A stretch of DNA of 64,000 nucleotides, taken from assembly GCA_041650795.1 (NCBI GenBank), contig JBAZKK010000001.1, positions 10,608 through 74,607 of the forward strand. Direction: 5' to 3'. Below the pieces are notes generated by a model, which was not told the origin of the DNA, did no database searches, and saw only the letters and a program-made list of their open reading frames with translations. The position numbers and the translations under genes were made by a program. Source of the stretch: Candidatus Omnitrophota bacterium (GTDB lineage: Bacteria; Omnitrophota; Gorgyraeia; Gygaellales; Profunditerraquicolaceae). Positions within the stretch are counted from its first letter, which is position 1; every line of letters starts with the position of its first letter. Shown here one piece after another: positions 11,220-19,960 of this stretch.

Positions 11220-12401
11220 ATGCTACCGGATAAAAAAGGTCATTTTGGCATATTCGGAGGGAGGTTTGTCCCGGAAACGCTCATCTGTGCCCTTGATGAA
11301 TTGAACAGGGAATACCTCGCAGCCCGAAAGGACGCGAGGTTCAAGAAAGAGCTTGATTATTATCTAAAGGAATACGCAGGCAGGCCCACGCCTTTATACC
11401 TGGCGCGTAACCTCAGCCGTTGTTTAGGCATTTCTAAGATTTACCTTAAAAGAGAGGACCTGCTGCATACCGGCGCGCACAAGATTAACAATACCCTTGG
11501 CCAGATTATCCTTGCCCGCAGGATGGGTAAGAAGCGCATTATTGCCGAGACTGGCGCCGGACAGCACGGCGTGGCTACCGCTACAGCGGCGGCATTGTTT
11601 GGCCTGGAATGCGTTGTATACATGGGGGAAGAGGACATCAGGAGGCAGGAATTGAATGTCTTCCGCATGAAGCTTTTGGGCGCACGGGTTGTCCCGGTTA
11701 AGAGCGGTTCCCGCACGCTCAAGGATGCCATGACCGAAGCCCTCAGGGATTGGGTTACCAACGTGCGCAAGACGCATTATATTATCGGTAGCGTTGCCGG
11801 CCCGCACCCCTATCCCGTAATGGTACGCGATTTTCAGGCGGTAATCGGCCGTGAGACAAAAACCCAGGTCCTAAAGAAGGAGGGAAGGCTTCCCGATTAC
11901 CTGGTGGCTTGCGTAGGCGGAGGAAGTAATTCCATGGGGCTGTTTCATCCGTTTTTCAAGGAATGTAGGGTTAAATTCATTGGAGTGGAGGCAGCCGGAT
12001 TAGGCCTCTCATCAGGAAGGCATTCCGCCACCCTAGTAGCAGGGCATACCGGGGTGTTGCACGGCTCCAAGTCCGAGCTCTTGGAGGACCGCGACGGCCA
12101 GGTGAGATTGGCTCATTCCATTGCTGCAGGATTGGATTATCCGGGGGTAGGCCCGGAACACTCTTATTATAAAGAAAGCGGCCGGGCGCAATATGTGGCA
12201 GTTAGCGACAGGGAGGCGCTGAAGGGCTTTGAGCTTTTATCGCGCACCGAAGGCATCATACCGGCGCTGGAGCCGTCACACGCTGTTTTTTATCTGACCA
12301 AGCTCAAGAAAAAAATTAAGAAGAATTCCATTGTTATCGTTTGCATCTCCGGGCGAGGAGATAAAGATACCCATACAGTAGCCGAAAGGTTAAGATTATG
12401 A
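11220..12401 (+). CDS. trpB: tryptophan synthase beta chain
   Basis: PLP-lysine motif HTGAHKINN and a GGGSN loop. 393 aa. Confidence 0.96.
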   Translation: MLPDKKGHFGIFGGRFVPETLICALDELNREYLAARKDARFKKELDYYLKEYAGRPTPLYLARNLSRCLGISKIYLKREDLLHTGAHKINNTLGQIILARRMGKKRIIAETGAGQHGVATATAAALFGLECVVYMGEEDIRRQELNVFRMKLLGARVVPVKSGSRTLKDAMTEALRDWVTNVRKTHYIIGSVAGPHPYPVMVRDFQAVIGRETKTQVLKKEGRLPDYLVACVGGGSNSMGLFHPFFKECRVKFIGVEAAGLGLSSGRHSATLVAGHTGVLHGSKSELLEDRDGQVRLAHSIAAGLDYPGVGPEHSYYKESGRAQYVAVSDREALKGFELLSRTEGIIPALEPSHAVFYLTKLKKKIKKNSIVIVCISGRGDKDTHTVAERLRL

Positions 12402-13183
12402 ACAGGCTCCAGGCAAGGTTTTGCGCTTTAAAGAAACAAGGCAAGAAGGCGTTTATTGCTTTTATCACTGCCGGTTACCCGTCTTTAAGCATTACCGAGA
12501 AATTGGCATTGAGGTTCGCCGCCGCAGGGGTCGATGTAATAGAGCTGGGGGTGCCTTTTTCCGACCCCATGGCTGACGGACCGGCAATACAGGAGGCGTC
12601 GCAGTTCGCTCTTGGAAAAGGAGTTAACCTTAAGAAGATCCTTCAGTCCGTCCGCAACATCCGACGCAGGAGCAATGTCCCCGTATGTCTTATGACTTAC
12701 TACAACCCTGTTTTTTGCTTCGGGGAAGAGAAGTTTGCGAAGGCAGCTTCTTCTTCGGGGGTGGACGGGGTTATCATACCCGACCTTCCTCCAGAGGAAG
12801 GGAGGTTTTTCTTGCGCGTCGCTTCTGGATACGGCATCAATGTAATATATTTTGTTTCTCCGACCACCAGCCCCGGCCGCATCAGGTACATTACGGATGT
12901 TGCGCGGGGTTTTATTTATTATGTTTCGCTTACCGGAGTAACCGGAGCGCGCAGCAAGCTCCCGGCGGGACTGGCAGGGGACCTGCGCAGGATTAAGAGC
13001 ATCACCTTCAAGCCGGTGTGCGTAGGTTTCGGGGTATCCAGCCGTCGTCAGGTGCGGGAGCTTTCGCGGGTGGCGGACGGCGTTATCGTCGGCAGCGCGA
13101 TAATCAATAAGATAAAAGAGAACATCGGCAGGAAGGATTTAGTAGGGGAGGTAACTGCCTTTGTGTCCAGGCTTAGAGGATAG
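12398..13183 (+). CDS. trpA: tryptophan synthase alpha chain
   Basis: [14 protein letters not shown] motif. 4-nt overlap with trpB. Confidence 0.93.
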   Translation: MNRLQARFCALKKQGKKAFIAFITAGYPSLSITEKLALRFAAAGVDVIELGVPFSDPMADGPAIQEASQFALGKGVNLKKILQSVRNIRRRSNVPVCLMTYYNPVFCFGEEKFAKAASSSGVDGVIIPDLPPEEGRFFLRVASGYGINVIYFVSPTTSPGRIRYITDVARGFIYYVSLTGVTGARSKLPAGLAGDLRRIKSITFKPVCVGFGVSSRRQVRELSRVADGVIVGSAIINKIKENIGRKDLVGEVTAFVSRLRG

Positions 13184-13185
13184 AT

Positions 13186-14451
13186 ATGTACGAGAAGGCG
13201 ATTTTGAATAACGGCCTGCGCATAGTAGCGCATCCTATGACCGCGATGCAGTCGGTGGCACTGGGGATATGGATTAATGTCGGCGGCAGGTATGAGTCGC
13301 ACGAATTCAAGGGGATCAGCCATTACCTTGAGCACCTCCTTTTTAAGGGGAGCAGCAAATATTGCTGCCGCAAGATTAAAGAATCCATAGAAGGGGTCGG
13401 CGGGGCATTGAACGGATTTACCTCAGAGGAGCTTACATGTTACCTGGTTAAGATCCCAGCGCGCCACCTGGAGCTGGCCCTGGGTATATTGTCCGATATG
13501 GTAATCAATCCTCTCTTGACTCAGGAGGATATAGACAAGGAGCGCAGCGTCATTATCGAAGAGATAAAGATGTATAAGGACCACCCGCAGAGCTACGTCC
13601 ATGAGCTGCTGGATGAGCTGCTTTGGCCCGAGCAGCCGCTTGGGATGAGTATTGCCGGAACGACCGATTCGGTCAACAGGATCAACCGCAAGAACCTGGC
13701 ATTATACCAGGGGCACCATTACACTCCCCTGAATATGGTGGTGAGCGCATGCGGCAGGTTGAATTACAGCCGTCTTAAGAAAAGGATAGAAAATATTTTC
13801 AGAGACATTTCAGGCAGATCCCGCAACGTCTTCGTAGCAGCCGAAGAGAAGCAGCTTGAGCCGCAGTTTAAAATATTCTTCAAGGATACCGAACAGACGC
13901 ACCTGGCTTTGGGGTTTCACGGTTTTATGCGCGATCACCCCTTAAGGCACGCCATGGCGATATTGCATATCATCTTAGGCGCAAATATGTCCAGCCGCCT
14001 TTTTAACGAGGTAAGAGAGAAAAGGGGATTGGCTTACGAGATAGGCACACAGGTTAAGCATTTTCAGGATACCGGTTCCTTCCTGGTGCATGCCGGGGTT
14101 GACAACACTAAGACCACGGATGCCCTAACCGTGATATTAGGCGAATTGGCGAATATCAAGCGCAACCTGGCGGGGATTGACGAATTCAGGCGCGCCAAGG
14201 AGTTCTATCTGGGGCAGTTAAGGTTGAGCCTGGAGGATACCATGGACCACATGCTTTGGATAGGGGAATCCAGCGCCACTTTGAATAAGACCTATTCGCT
14301 GGCAGCGGTTGTCGGGGAGATCGAGAAGCTCAAGCGCGATGATGTGCGCCGGGTTGCCCGCATGATATTCAGGGAAAGCAACTTTAACCTTGCCCTTATC
14401 GGACCGCTTGGCGGGGCAGAGGAGAGGATGTTGAAGGGATTGTCTCTATGA
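13186..14451 (+). CDS. M16 family zinc metallopeptidase (pitrilysin-like)
   Basis: Inverted zinc motif HxxEH (HYLEHLLFKG). 421 aa with a two-domain M16 layout. Confidence 0.85.
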   Translation: MYEKAILNNGLRIVAHPMTAMQSVALGIWINVGGRYESHEFKGISHYLEHLLFKGSSKYCCRKIKESIEGVGGALNGFTSEELTCYLVKIPARHLELALGILSDMVINPLLTQEDIDKERSVIIEEIKMYKDHPQSYVHELLDELLWPEQPLGMSIAGTTDSVNRINRKNLALYQGHHYTPLNMVVSACGRLNYSRLKKRIENIFRDISGRSRNVFVAAEEKQLEPQFKIFFKDTEQTHLALGFHGFMRDHPLRHAMAILHIILGANMSSRLFNEVREKRGLAYEIGTQVKHFQDTGSFLVHAGVDNTKTTDALTVILGELANIKRNLAGIDEFRRAKEFYLGQLRLSLEDTMDHMLWIGESSATLNKTYSLAAVVGEIEKLKRDDVRRVARMIFRESNFNLALIGPLGGAEERMLKGLSL

Positions 14452-15470
14452 CGTTGGCGTCGCTTCCTTGGATACTTTTATTCCTTTTCTTTCTGGCAGT
14501 TTTTTCTTTCTTTTTTTCCGCTTCCGAAACCGCAATCATAGGTTTAAGCAAGATAAAACTACGCCATATGATTGCCAACGGGGTGAAGCGCGCCAGGACC
14601 GTCCAGGGGCTTCTTACCCGCCTGGATAAGTTTATCGCAGCTATCTTAATCGGCAATGACTTCGTCAATATCGCGATCTCGGCCATTGTTACCGCTATCA
14701 CGGTAGAGGTATTCGGCTATCGGCTGGGGGTAATAATAGCAACATTTGTATCCAGCTTCTTTGTGCTTATCATGTGCGAGGTAACCCCTAAGATACTGGC
14801 GACCAAGCACACCGAGAAGGTGGCGCTTTTCAGCGCCCCGCTAATGGCCATGTTTATCAGGGTTTTTAACCCCGTAATACTTATCTTTACTTTTATCAGC
14901 GGCGCTATCCTGAAGGTATTCGGCTTAGGTTCTTCCAAGAGGTCGCCGCTTATTACCGAAGAAGAACTGCGCACTATGATCGAGGTCGGCAAGGAAGAGG
15001 GGGTTCTAAGCGACGAGGAGAGAAAGATGCTGCACCGTATTTTTGAATTCGGAGATACCAGGGTTGGCGAGGTAATGGTCCCGAAAGAAAAAATGGTGGC
15101 TATTAGCGTCAACAGCACGCCCGAGGCGCTTTTGAATATATTCGTAGAGCAGGGGCACGCCCGTCTGCCGGTATACAGCGAATCCCCTGATAATGTCATC
15201 GGCATTATCTATGCCCACGACCTTCTTTATGTCCTGAGGGACAAGGGATTTTTCCTCTTGCAGGACCTCCTGCACCATCCTTATTGCGTGCCGCAGTCGA
15301 TGCGGGTAAACGAGCTCCTGCGGAAGTTCCAGACCGATAATGTCCAGATCGCCATTGTGGTAGATGCCAATAAGAAAACCCTGGGGCTGGTTACCCTGGA
15401 GGATCTTATCGAGGAAATAGTGGGCGAGATCGAGGAATCGCACCCCGCCCACCGTATAAATAAGCATTGA
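14448..15470 (+). CDS. CNNM/DUF21 transmembrane protein with CBS pair (hemolysin-family), no CorC_HlyC tail
   Basis: N-terminal multi-TM DUF21-like region followed by a CBS-pair region. It ends right after LEDLIEEIVGEIEE, where homologs usually continue into a CorC/HlyC domain. Confidence 0.8.
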   Translation: MTLASLPWILLFLFFLAVFSFFFSASETAIIGLSKIKLRHMIANGVKRARTVQGLLTRLDKFIAAILIGNDFVNIAISAIVTAITVEVFGYRLGVIIATFVSSFFVLIMCEVTPKILATKHTEKVALFSAPLMAMFIRVFNPVILIFTFISGAILKVFGLGSSKRSPLITEEELRTMIEVGKEEGVLSDEERKMLHRIFEFGDTRVGEVMVPKEKMVAISVNSTPEALLNIFVEQGHARLPVYSESPDNVIGIIYAHDLLYVLRDKGFFLLQDLLHHPYCVPQSMRVNELLRKFQTDNVQIAIVVDANKKTLGLVTLEDLIEEIVGEIEESHPAHRINKH

Positions 15471-15496
15471 CCCCCTATTTTTTTATTGTATAATAT
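15468..15496 (+). promoter_or_regulatory. putative sigma70-type promoter (TTGACC-17-TAATAT)
   Basis: TTGACC at 15468-15473 and TAATAT at 15491-15496. About 90 nt upstream of the small zinc-ribbon ORF. Confidence 0.4.
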
Positions 15497-15589
15497 CACT
15501 CTATGACGGCTGAGGTGGGAATCCGAAGAAGCGTTGACACGCCTCGCGGGGCGTGGTAAGATAAGAAAAATTGCAAAAAGGAGGATGCA

Positions 15590-15739
15590 ATGGCAGAAAA
15601 AGGATATTGCGTCAAATGCAAGAGCAAGAAAGACATGAAGGACGAGCAGAAGGTCACCATGAAAAACGGGCGGCTTGCAGTCAAGGGTAAGTGTCCGGAT
15701 TGCGGAACCGGTATGTATAAGATCTTAGGCAAAAAATAG
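15590..15739 (+). CDS. small zinc-ribbon protein (DUF5679-like), 49 aa
   Basis: Below the ORF-track size cutoff. AAAGGAGG RBS lies 5 nt before the ATG. Translation is MAEKGYCVKCKSKKDMKDEQKVTMKNGRLAVKGKCPDCGTGMYKILGKK, with two CxxC pairs and a KNGR core. Confidence 0.6.
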   Translation: MAEKGYCVKCKSKKDMKDEQKVTMKNGRLAVKGKCPDCGTGMYKILGKK

Positions 15740-15921
15740 CCAGCCGTTTAAGAAGACGGGCCGTTGCTTTAATAGAATTTAAAACATATGCCGGAGGAGG
15801 GGCTTCTCGTAAAAAGGCCCAGCCTCCGGCATCATTGAATAACGGCAGCTAAGTTAAAGACGGGAGAGAAACGATAGATACCAAGAAAATAGCTTTACGT
15901 ATTGCGGCAATCGCAAGGGGA

Positions 15922-16233
15922 ATGAAGGCACAGAAGATAACGGTGCTGGATATGCGCGCGGTTTCGAGTTTCTGTGATTATTTCGTGATAGCTAGCGCAA
16001 CCTCGCTTAGGCAGGTAAACGCGTTATCCCGCGCCATCGAGGAAGAGATGTCCAAGGAGCATTGTAAGCCACTTTCGAAGGCCTTGCCTAACGATGAGTC
16101 CGGATGGGTGGCATTGGATTATTCCGGGGTCGTCGCGCACATATTTTATAAGCCTTTGAGAGAATTTTATTGTCTGGAACGCCTCTGGTCCGATGCCAAG
16201 AAGGTAAGGGTCCCCAGAAAGGCAGCATATTAA
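15922..16233 (+). CDS. rsfS: ribosomal silencing factor RsfS (iojap-like)
   Basis: ITVLDMRAVSSFCDYFVIASATS and WVALDYSGVVAHIF motifs. The true start may be upstream (see findings). Confidence 0.85.
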   Translation: MKAQKITVLDMRAVSSFCDYFVIASATSLRQVNALSRAIEEEMSKEHCKPLSKALPNDESGWVALDYSGVVAHIFYKPLREFYCLERLWSDAKKVRVPRKAAY

Positions 16234-16281
16234 GTTTATATTTACTTCGAGTCCCGCATTAACGTCACCCCGCAACCAGCG

Positions 16282-17931
16282 ATGAAAGAGAAAATCAGCG
16301 CCTCGTTACTAAGATTAATAGTGGAATCCTTAAGCGACGTGCCGGAGGCAACAGGCGCCTTGGTTGGGTTAAAAGAAGAACTGTATCTGGAACTCCCCAA
16401 GGACAGCCGCTTCGGGGACCTGGCTACCAATATTGCCTTAAGGCTTGCCAAACCCCTTAAGAGGTCGCCCCCCGAATTGGCCCAGGACCTCGCGGAGAAA
16501 ATTAAAATCCGGCTGCAAAAATCAAATCTCGGTTTATACGTTAAGGAGGTAAAGGCAGCAGGAGGCTTTGTTAATTTTTCCCTCCGGGAGGAGTATTTTT
16601 ATAAGCACCTCTTAGGCGTCGTCAGAAACGGAAAGGGCGCCTTAAGGATGGATTTCGGATGCGGCAGGAAGGTACTCCTGGAATTTGTAAGCGCCAATCC
16701 CACCGGGCCGCTCTCCGTAGCGCACGCCCGCCAGGCAGCGGTAGGGGATGCCTTGGCAAGGGTCCTGTTTTTTTTAGGATTTAAGGTCAGGAAGGAATAC
16801 TATCTTAACGATGAAGGCAACCAGATTGATATCCTGGGCCGTTCCGTGGAATTAAGGCTCAGGGAATTGGAGGGCAAAGAGGTAGATTTCCCCGATGACC
16901 ATTATCAGGGCGACTATATATACGAGATTGCCAGGACCATCAAGGATAAGGGGCGCCGGGTCGGAGATTTCAAACTTTATGCCGTAGGCCATATCCTTAA
17001 GGTCATCAGGGAAGAGCTGCGCGATTTTGGAGTGCACTTTGATTGTTGGTATAGCCAGAAATCGCTGCGCAAAAGCGGAAGGATTAAAAAAACCTTGCAT
17101 CTCCTGGAGCGCCGGGGGCTGCTTTATCGCCAGGAGGGCGCTCTCTGGTTTAAGTCCACTCAATTCGGCGACGATAAGGACCGGGTAGTGGTAAAGAGCG
17201 ACGGTTCCTATACTTATCTGGCCCCGGACATCGCCTATCACCGCGAAAAGTACCGCCGGGGCTTTATGTGGCTCATTAATCTTTGGGGGCCCGACCACCA
17301 CGGTTACATCAACCGCCTTAAGGCCGCAGTGCAGGCGCTGGGAGAGAAAGCGGATTCCCTCTCCGTAATCATAGTGCAATTAGCTACGATATTCAGGGCC
17401 GGCCAGCAGGTGCTGATGTCTACTAGGCGCGGCCAGTATATCACCATGAGGGAGGTATTAGACGAGGTCGGCAGGGATGCCGCGCGTTTCTTTTTCGTGA
17501 TGCGCCGCACTGACAGCCATCTGGATTTCGACCTTGAGATTGCCAAGAAGAAAAATAGCGATAACCCCGTTTATTACGTTCAATATGCGCATGCCCGTAT
17601 CTGTAGCATATTGGCAAACAGCCCGGCAGGACGCTCGGCTAAGGAAGCGGATTTCTCCCTGCTTAAAGAAGCCGAAGAGCTTGCCTTAATCAGAAAACTC
17701 TGGGAATTATCCTACGTCTTGGAGGTCTGCCTCAAGACCGCCGATCCTTACATGCTTACAGTTTACCTGCAGGAATTAGCCGAGACCTTCCATAAATTTT
17801 ACGACCGCCATCGCGTCTTGGGGCAGGGCAAGGAACTCACCAGCGCAAGGCTTGCCCTGATAAGCGCGACGCGCACCGTGATAGCCACGGGGTTGGACCT
17901 GTTGGGTATCTCGGCTCCGGAAAAGATGTGA
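16282..17931 (+). CDS. argS: arginine--tRNA ligase
   Basis: 549 aa. Class-I signature region SANPTGPLSVAHAR and an ArgRS-like C-terminal anticodon-binding domain ending in M. Confidence 0.93.
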   Translation: MKEKISASLLRLIVESLSDVPEATGALVGLKEELYLELPKDSRFGDLATNIALRLAKPLKRSPPELAQDLAEKIKIRLQKSNLGLYVKEVKAAGGFVNFSLREEYFYKHLLGVVRNGKGALRMDFGCGRKVLLEFVSANPTGPLSVAHARQAAVGDALARVLFFLGFKVRKEYYLNDEGNQIDILGRSVELRLRELEGKEVDFPDDHYQGDYIYEIARTIKDKGRRVGDFKLYAVGHILKVIREELRDFGVHFDCWYSQKSLRKSGRIKKTLHLLERRGLLYRQEGALWFKSTQFGDDKDRVVVKSDGSYTYLAPDIAYHREKYRRGFMWLINLWGPDHHGYINRLKAAVQALGEKADSLSVIIVQLATIFRAGQQVLMSTRRGQYITMREVLDEVGRDAARFFFVMRRTDSHLDFDLEIAKKKNSDNPVYYVQYAHARICSILANSPAGRSAKEADFSLLKEAEELALIRKLWELSYVLEVCLKTADPYMLTVYLQELAETFHKFYDRHRVLGQGKELTSARLALISATRTVIATGLDLLGISAPEKM

Positions 17932-19622
17932 TGAGTGCGCATAAGATCCTCAAGATTGCCTCGCCCGAACCGTCCATTCAGGACAAGCTCAGCAGTAACT
18001 TAGGGATATCAAGGGTATTTTCACAGGTTCTGATTAACCGCGGGATCAGGGATGCCGGGGAAGCAAGGAGGTTCCTGGAAGCCGATGCGAGAGGGCTTCT
18101 GGATCCCTATTCCTTTGGAGATATGCACAAAGCCATAGCCATTATCAGAAAGGCGATTGCCGATAAAGAAAAGGTAATGGTCTTCGGCGACTATGACGTT
18201 GACGGCATCACCGCCATAGCAATACTAAAGATTACCCTTCAGCGCCTTGGCGCGGATGCGCTGCATTACATACCCCACCGCATAAAAGAAGGGTATGGTT
18301 TAACCAAGAGTATCCTGAGCCTAGCGCAGGAGCTGGGCGTCGGCGTCCTTATTACGGTAGATTGCGGCATCAACAGCCCCCGGGAAGTAGAGGCACTGGA
18401 GCGCAGCAATATCAGGGTGATTTTAACAGACCATCATGAGTTCGTCTCTTCCGGAGAGCTTCCGCCTGCCTCGGCGGTTATTAACCCCAAGGTTAAAGGG
18501 GAGACTTATCCATATCGCGACCTGGCAGGGGTGGGGGTTGCCTATAAATTATGCCAGGCCCTTACCGGCGGGGATTTAGGCGATTGCCTTGATATCGTAG
18601 CGCTGGGGACTGTCGCGGATGTCGTGCCTCTTACCGGAGAGAACCGTATTCTGGTGAAGGAAGGTCTTAAACGCATCAGTGATACCGTAAACATCGGCCT
18701 TGAGGCCCTGATGGAATCCAGCGGCATCAAGGGTAAGAATATCAGCCCCACCTTTCTTAGTTATATCTTAGGTCCGCGTATCAATGCCAGCGGAAGGATG
18801 GACAGCGCCGAGACAGCGCTGGAGCTTCTTTTAAGCAGGGACAAAAATAGGGCAGCAGAACTAGCTTCTTTGCTGGAAGGGTATAACCGTCAGCGCCAGA
18901 AGGTGGAGAGCAATATACTTGAGGAGGCCCAGGCGATTATAGACAGGGAGGTAAACTTTAAGGAGCATAAGATTATCGTTATCGCCAAAGAGGACTGGCA
19001 TCAGGGCGTGCTCGGAATCGTAGCCTCGAAGCTTGCCGACCGTTTTTACCGGCCGACCATACTGATATCTTTGAGCAAAGAGCTCTGCAAGGGCTCGGGA
19101 CGCTCCATCAAGAATTTTCATCTTTTTGATGCCCTGGCGGGTTGCAGAAAATACCTGGATTCTTTCGGGGGCCACAGCCATGCGGTAGGCCTGTTGATTC
19201 CGAGAGGCAACATCGCGGATTTTAAGCGCAGCATCAACCGCCTGGCGCAGGAGAAATTGTTATTACAGGATCTCCTGCCGACTATCGAGGTTGATATGGA
19301 ACTGGGATTTTACGATTTAAGCGAAGGGCTGGCCGATGAGCTTAGGTTACTGGAGCCGCTGGGCGCCGCAAACCCCGAGGCCCTATTTTACACCCGCAAC
19401 CTCACCCTCAAGAATACGCCGCAATCCCTGGGCAGGGATACCTTGAAATTCTGGGTTACCGACGGCAATATTACCTATCAGGCTATAGGTTTCGGTATGG
19501 CCAGTCTATGCGGGGAACTTAACCGGGCGTCAGCTTTTGATTTGATTTATACTCCGAGGATTGATACCTGGCAGGGGGAAAGCTCTTTTATCCTGGAAGT
19601 TGAGGATATCTTCTTTAAGTAA
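17928..19622 (+). CDS. recJ: single-stranded-DNA-specific exonuclease RecJ
   Basis: DHH-family motifs FGDYDVDGITA and LTDHHE, plus a DHHA1 GGHSHAVG-like motif. Confidence 0.92.
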   Translation: MMSAHKILKIASPEPSIQDKLSSNLGISRVFSQVLINRGIRDAGEARRFLEADARGLLDPYSFGDMHKAIAIIRKAIADKEKVMVFGDYDVDGITAIAILKITLQRLGADALHYIPHRIKEGYGLTKSILSLAQELGVGVLITVDCGINSPREVEALERSNIRVILTDHHEFVSSGELPPASAVINPKVKGETYPYRDLAGVGVAYKLCQALTGGDLGDCLDIVALGTVADVVPLTGENRILVKEGLKRISDTVNIGLEALMESSGIKGKNISPTFLSYILGPRINASGRMDSAETALELLLSRDKNRAAELASLLEGYNRQRQKVESNILEEAQAIIDREVNFKEHKIIVIAKEDWHQGVLGIVASKLADRFYRPTILISLSKELCKGSGRSIKNFHLFDALAGCRKYLDSFGGHSHAVGLLIPRGNIADFKRSINRLAQEKLLLQDLLPTIEVDMELGFYDLSEGLADELRLLEPLGAANPEALFYTRNLTLKNTPQSLGRDTLKFWVTDGNITYQAIGFGMASLCGELNRASAFDLIYTPRIDTWQGESSFILEVEDIFFK

Positions 19623-19634
19623 GAGGCCCGTTCT

Positions 19635-19862
19635 TTAGACCCTTACCACCTCGCCTTTTTTGATGCATTTAGCGCAGACATAGACTCGCCGTGGTTTATT
19701 ATCGAGCAATATCCGCATCTTCTGCAGGTTAGGCAGGAAGAGACGCTTGGTGCTGCGCACTATTTTGCTTCCGGTGCCGCCCTTGCTTTTGGCCAGGCCT
19801 TTACGCACTACACTCTTGCCTAGAAGAGGGTCCTTGCCGCAGATGGCGCAAATCTTAAGCAT
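19635..19862 (-). CDS. rpmB: 50S ribosomal protein L28
   Basis: 75 aa. CxxC...CxxC zinc-type L28 with a basic KSKGGTGSKIVRSTKRLFLPNLQ core. Confidence 0.88.
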   Translation of the reverse strand: MLKICAICGKDPLLGKSVVRKGLAKSKGGTGSKIVRSTKRLFLPNLQKMRILLDNKPRRVYVCAKCIKKGEVVRV

Positions 19863-19909
19863 ATTTATTTACCTCACGCAGATTTTATCTATTAAGGATT
19901 AGAGTATAC

Positions 19910-19938
19910 TTGAAAATCTCCCCTTGTCAAGCTAAAAT
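19910..19938 (+). promoter_or_regulatory. putative promoter TTGAAA-17-TAAAAT for the 19961 radical SAM gene
   Basis: TTGAAA at 19910-19915, a 17-nt spacer, then TAAAAT at 19933-19938. Confidence 0.45.
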
Positions 19939-19960
19939 AAATAGAGCAAATTGAACGATA

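Noticed and set aside
12685-12996. 103-aa + strand ORF in an alternative frame inside trpA
   Set aside because: It is an overlapping-frame artefact. The translation is Arg/Gly/Pro-rich without motifs, whereas the trpA frame carries the conserved alpha-chain signature.
15496-15732. 78-aa - strand ORF
   Set aside because: It lies antisense to the RBS-preceded zinc-ribbon gene and its leader. The zinc-ribbon reading has clear family-like features, whereas this one has none.
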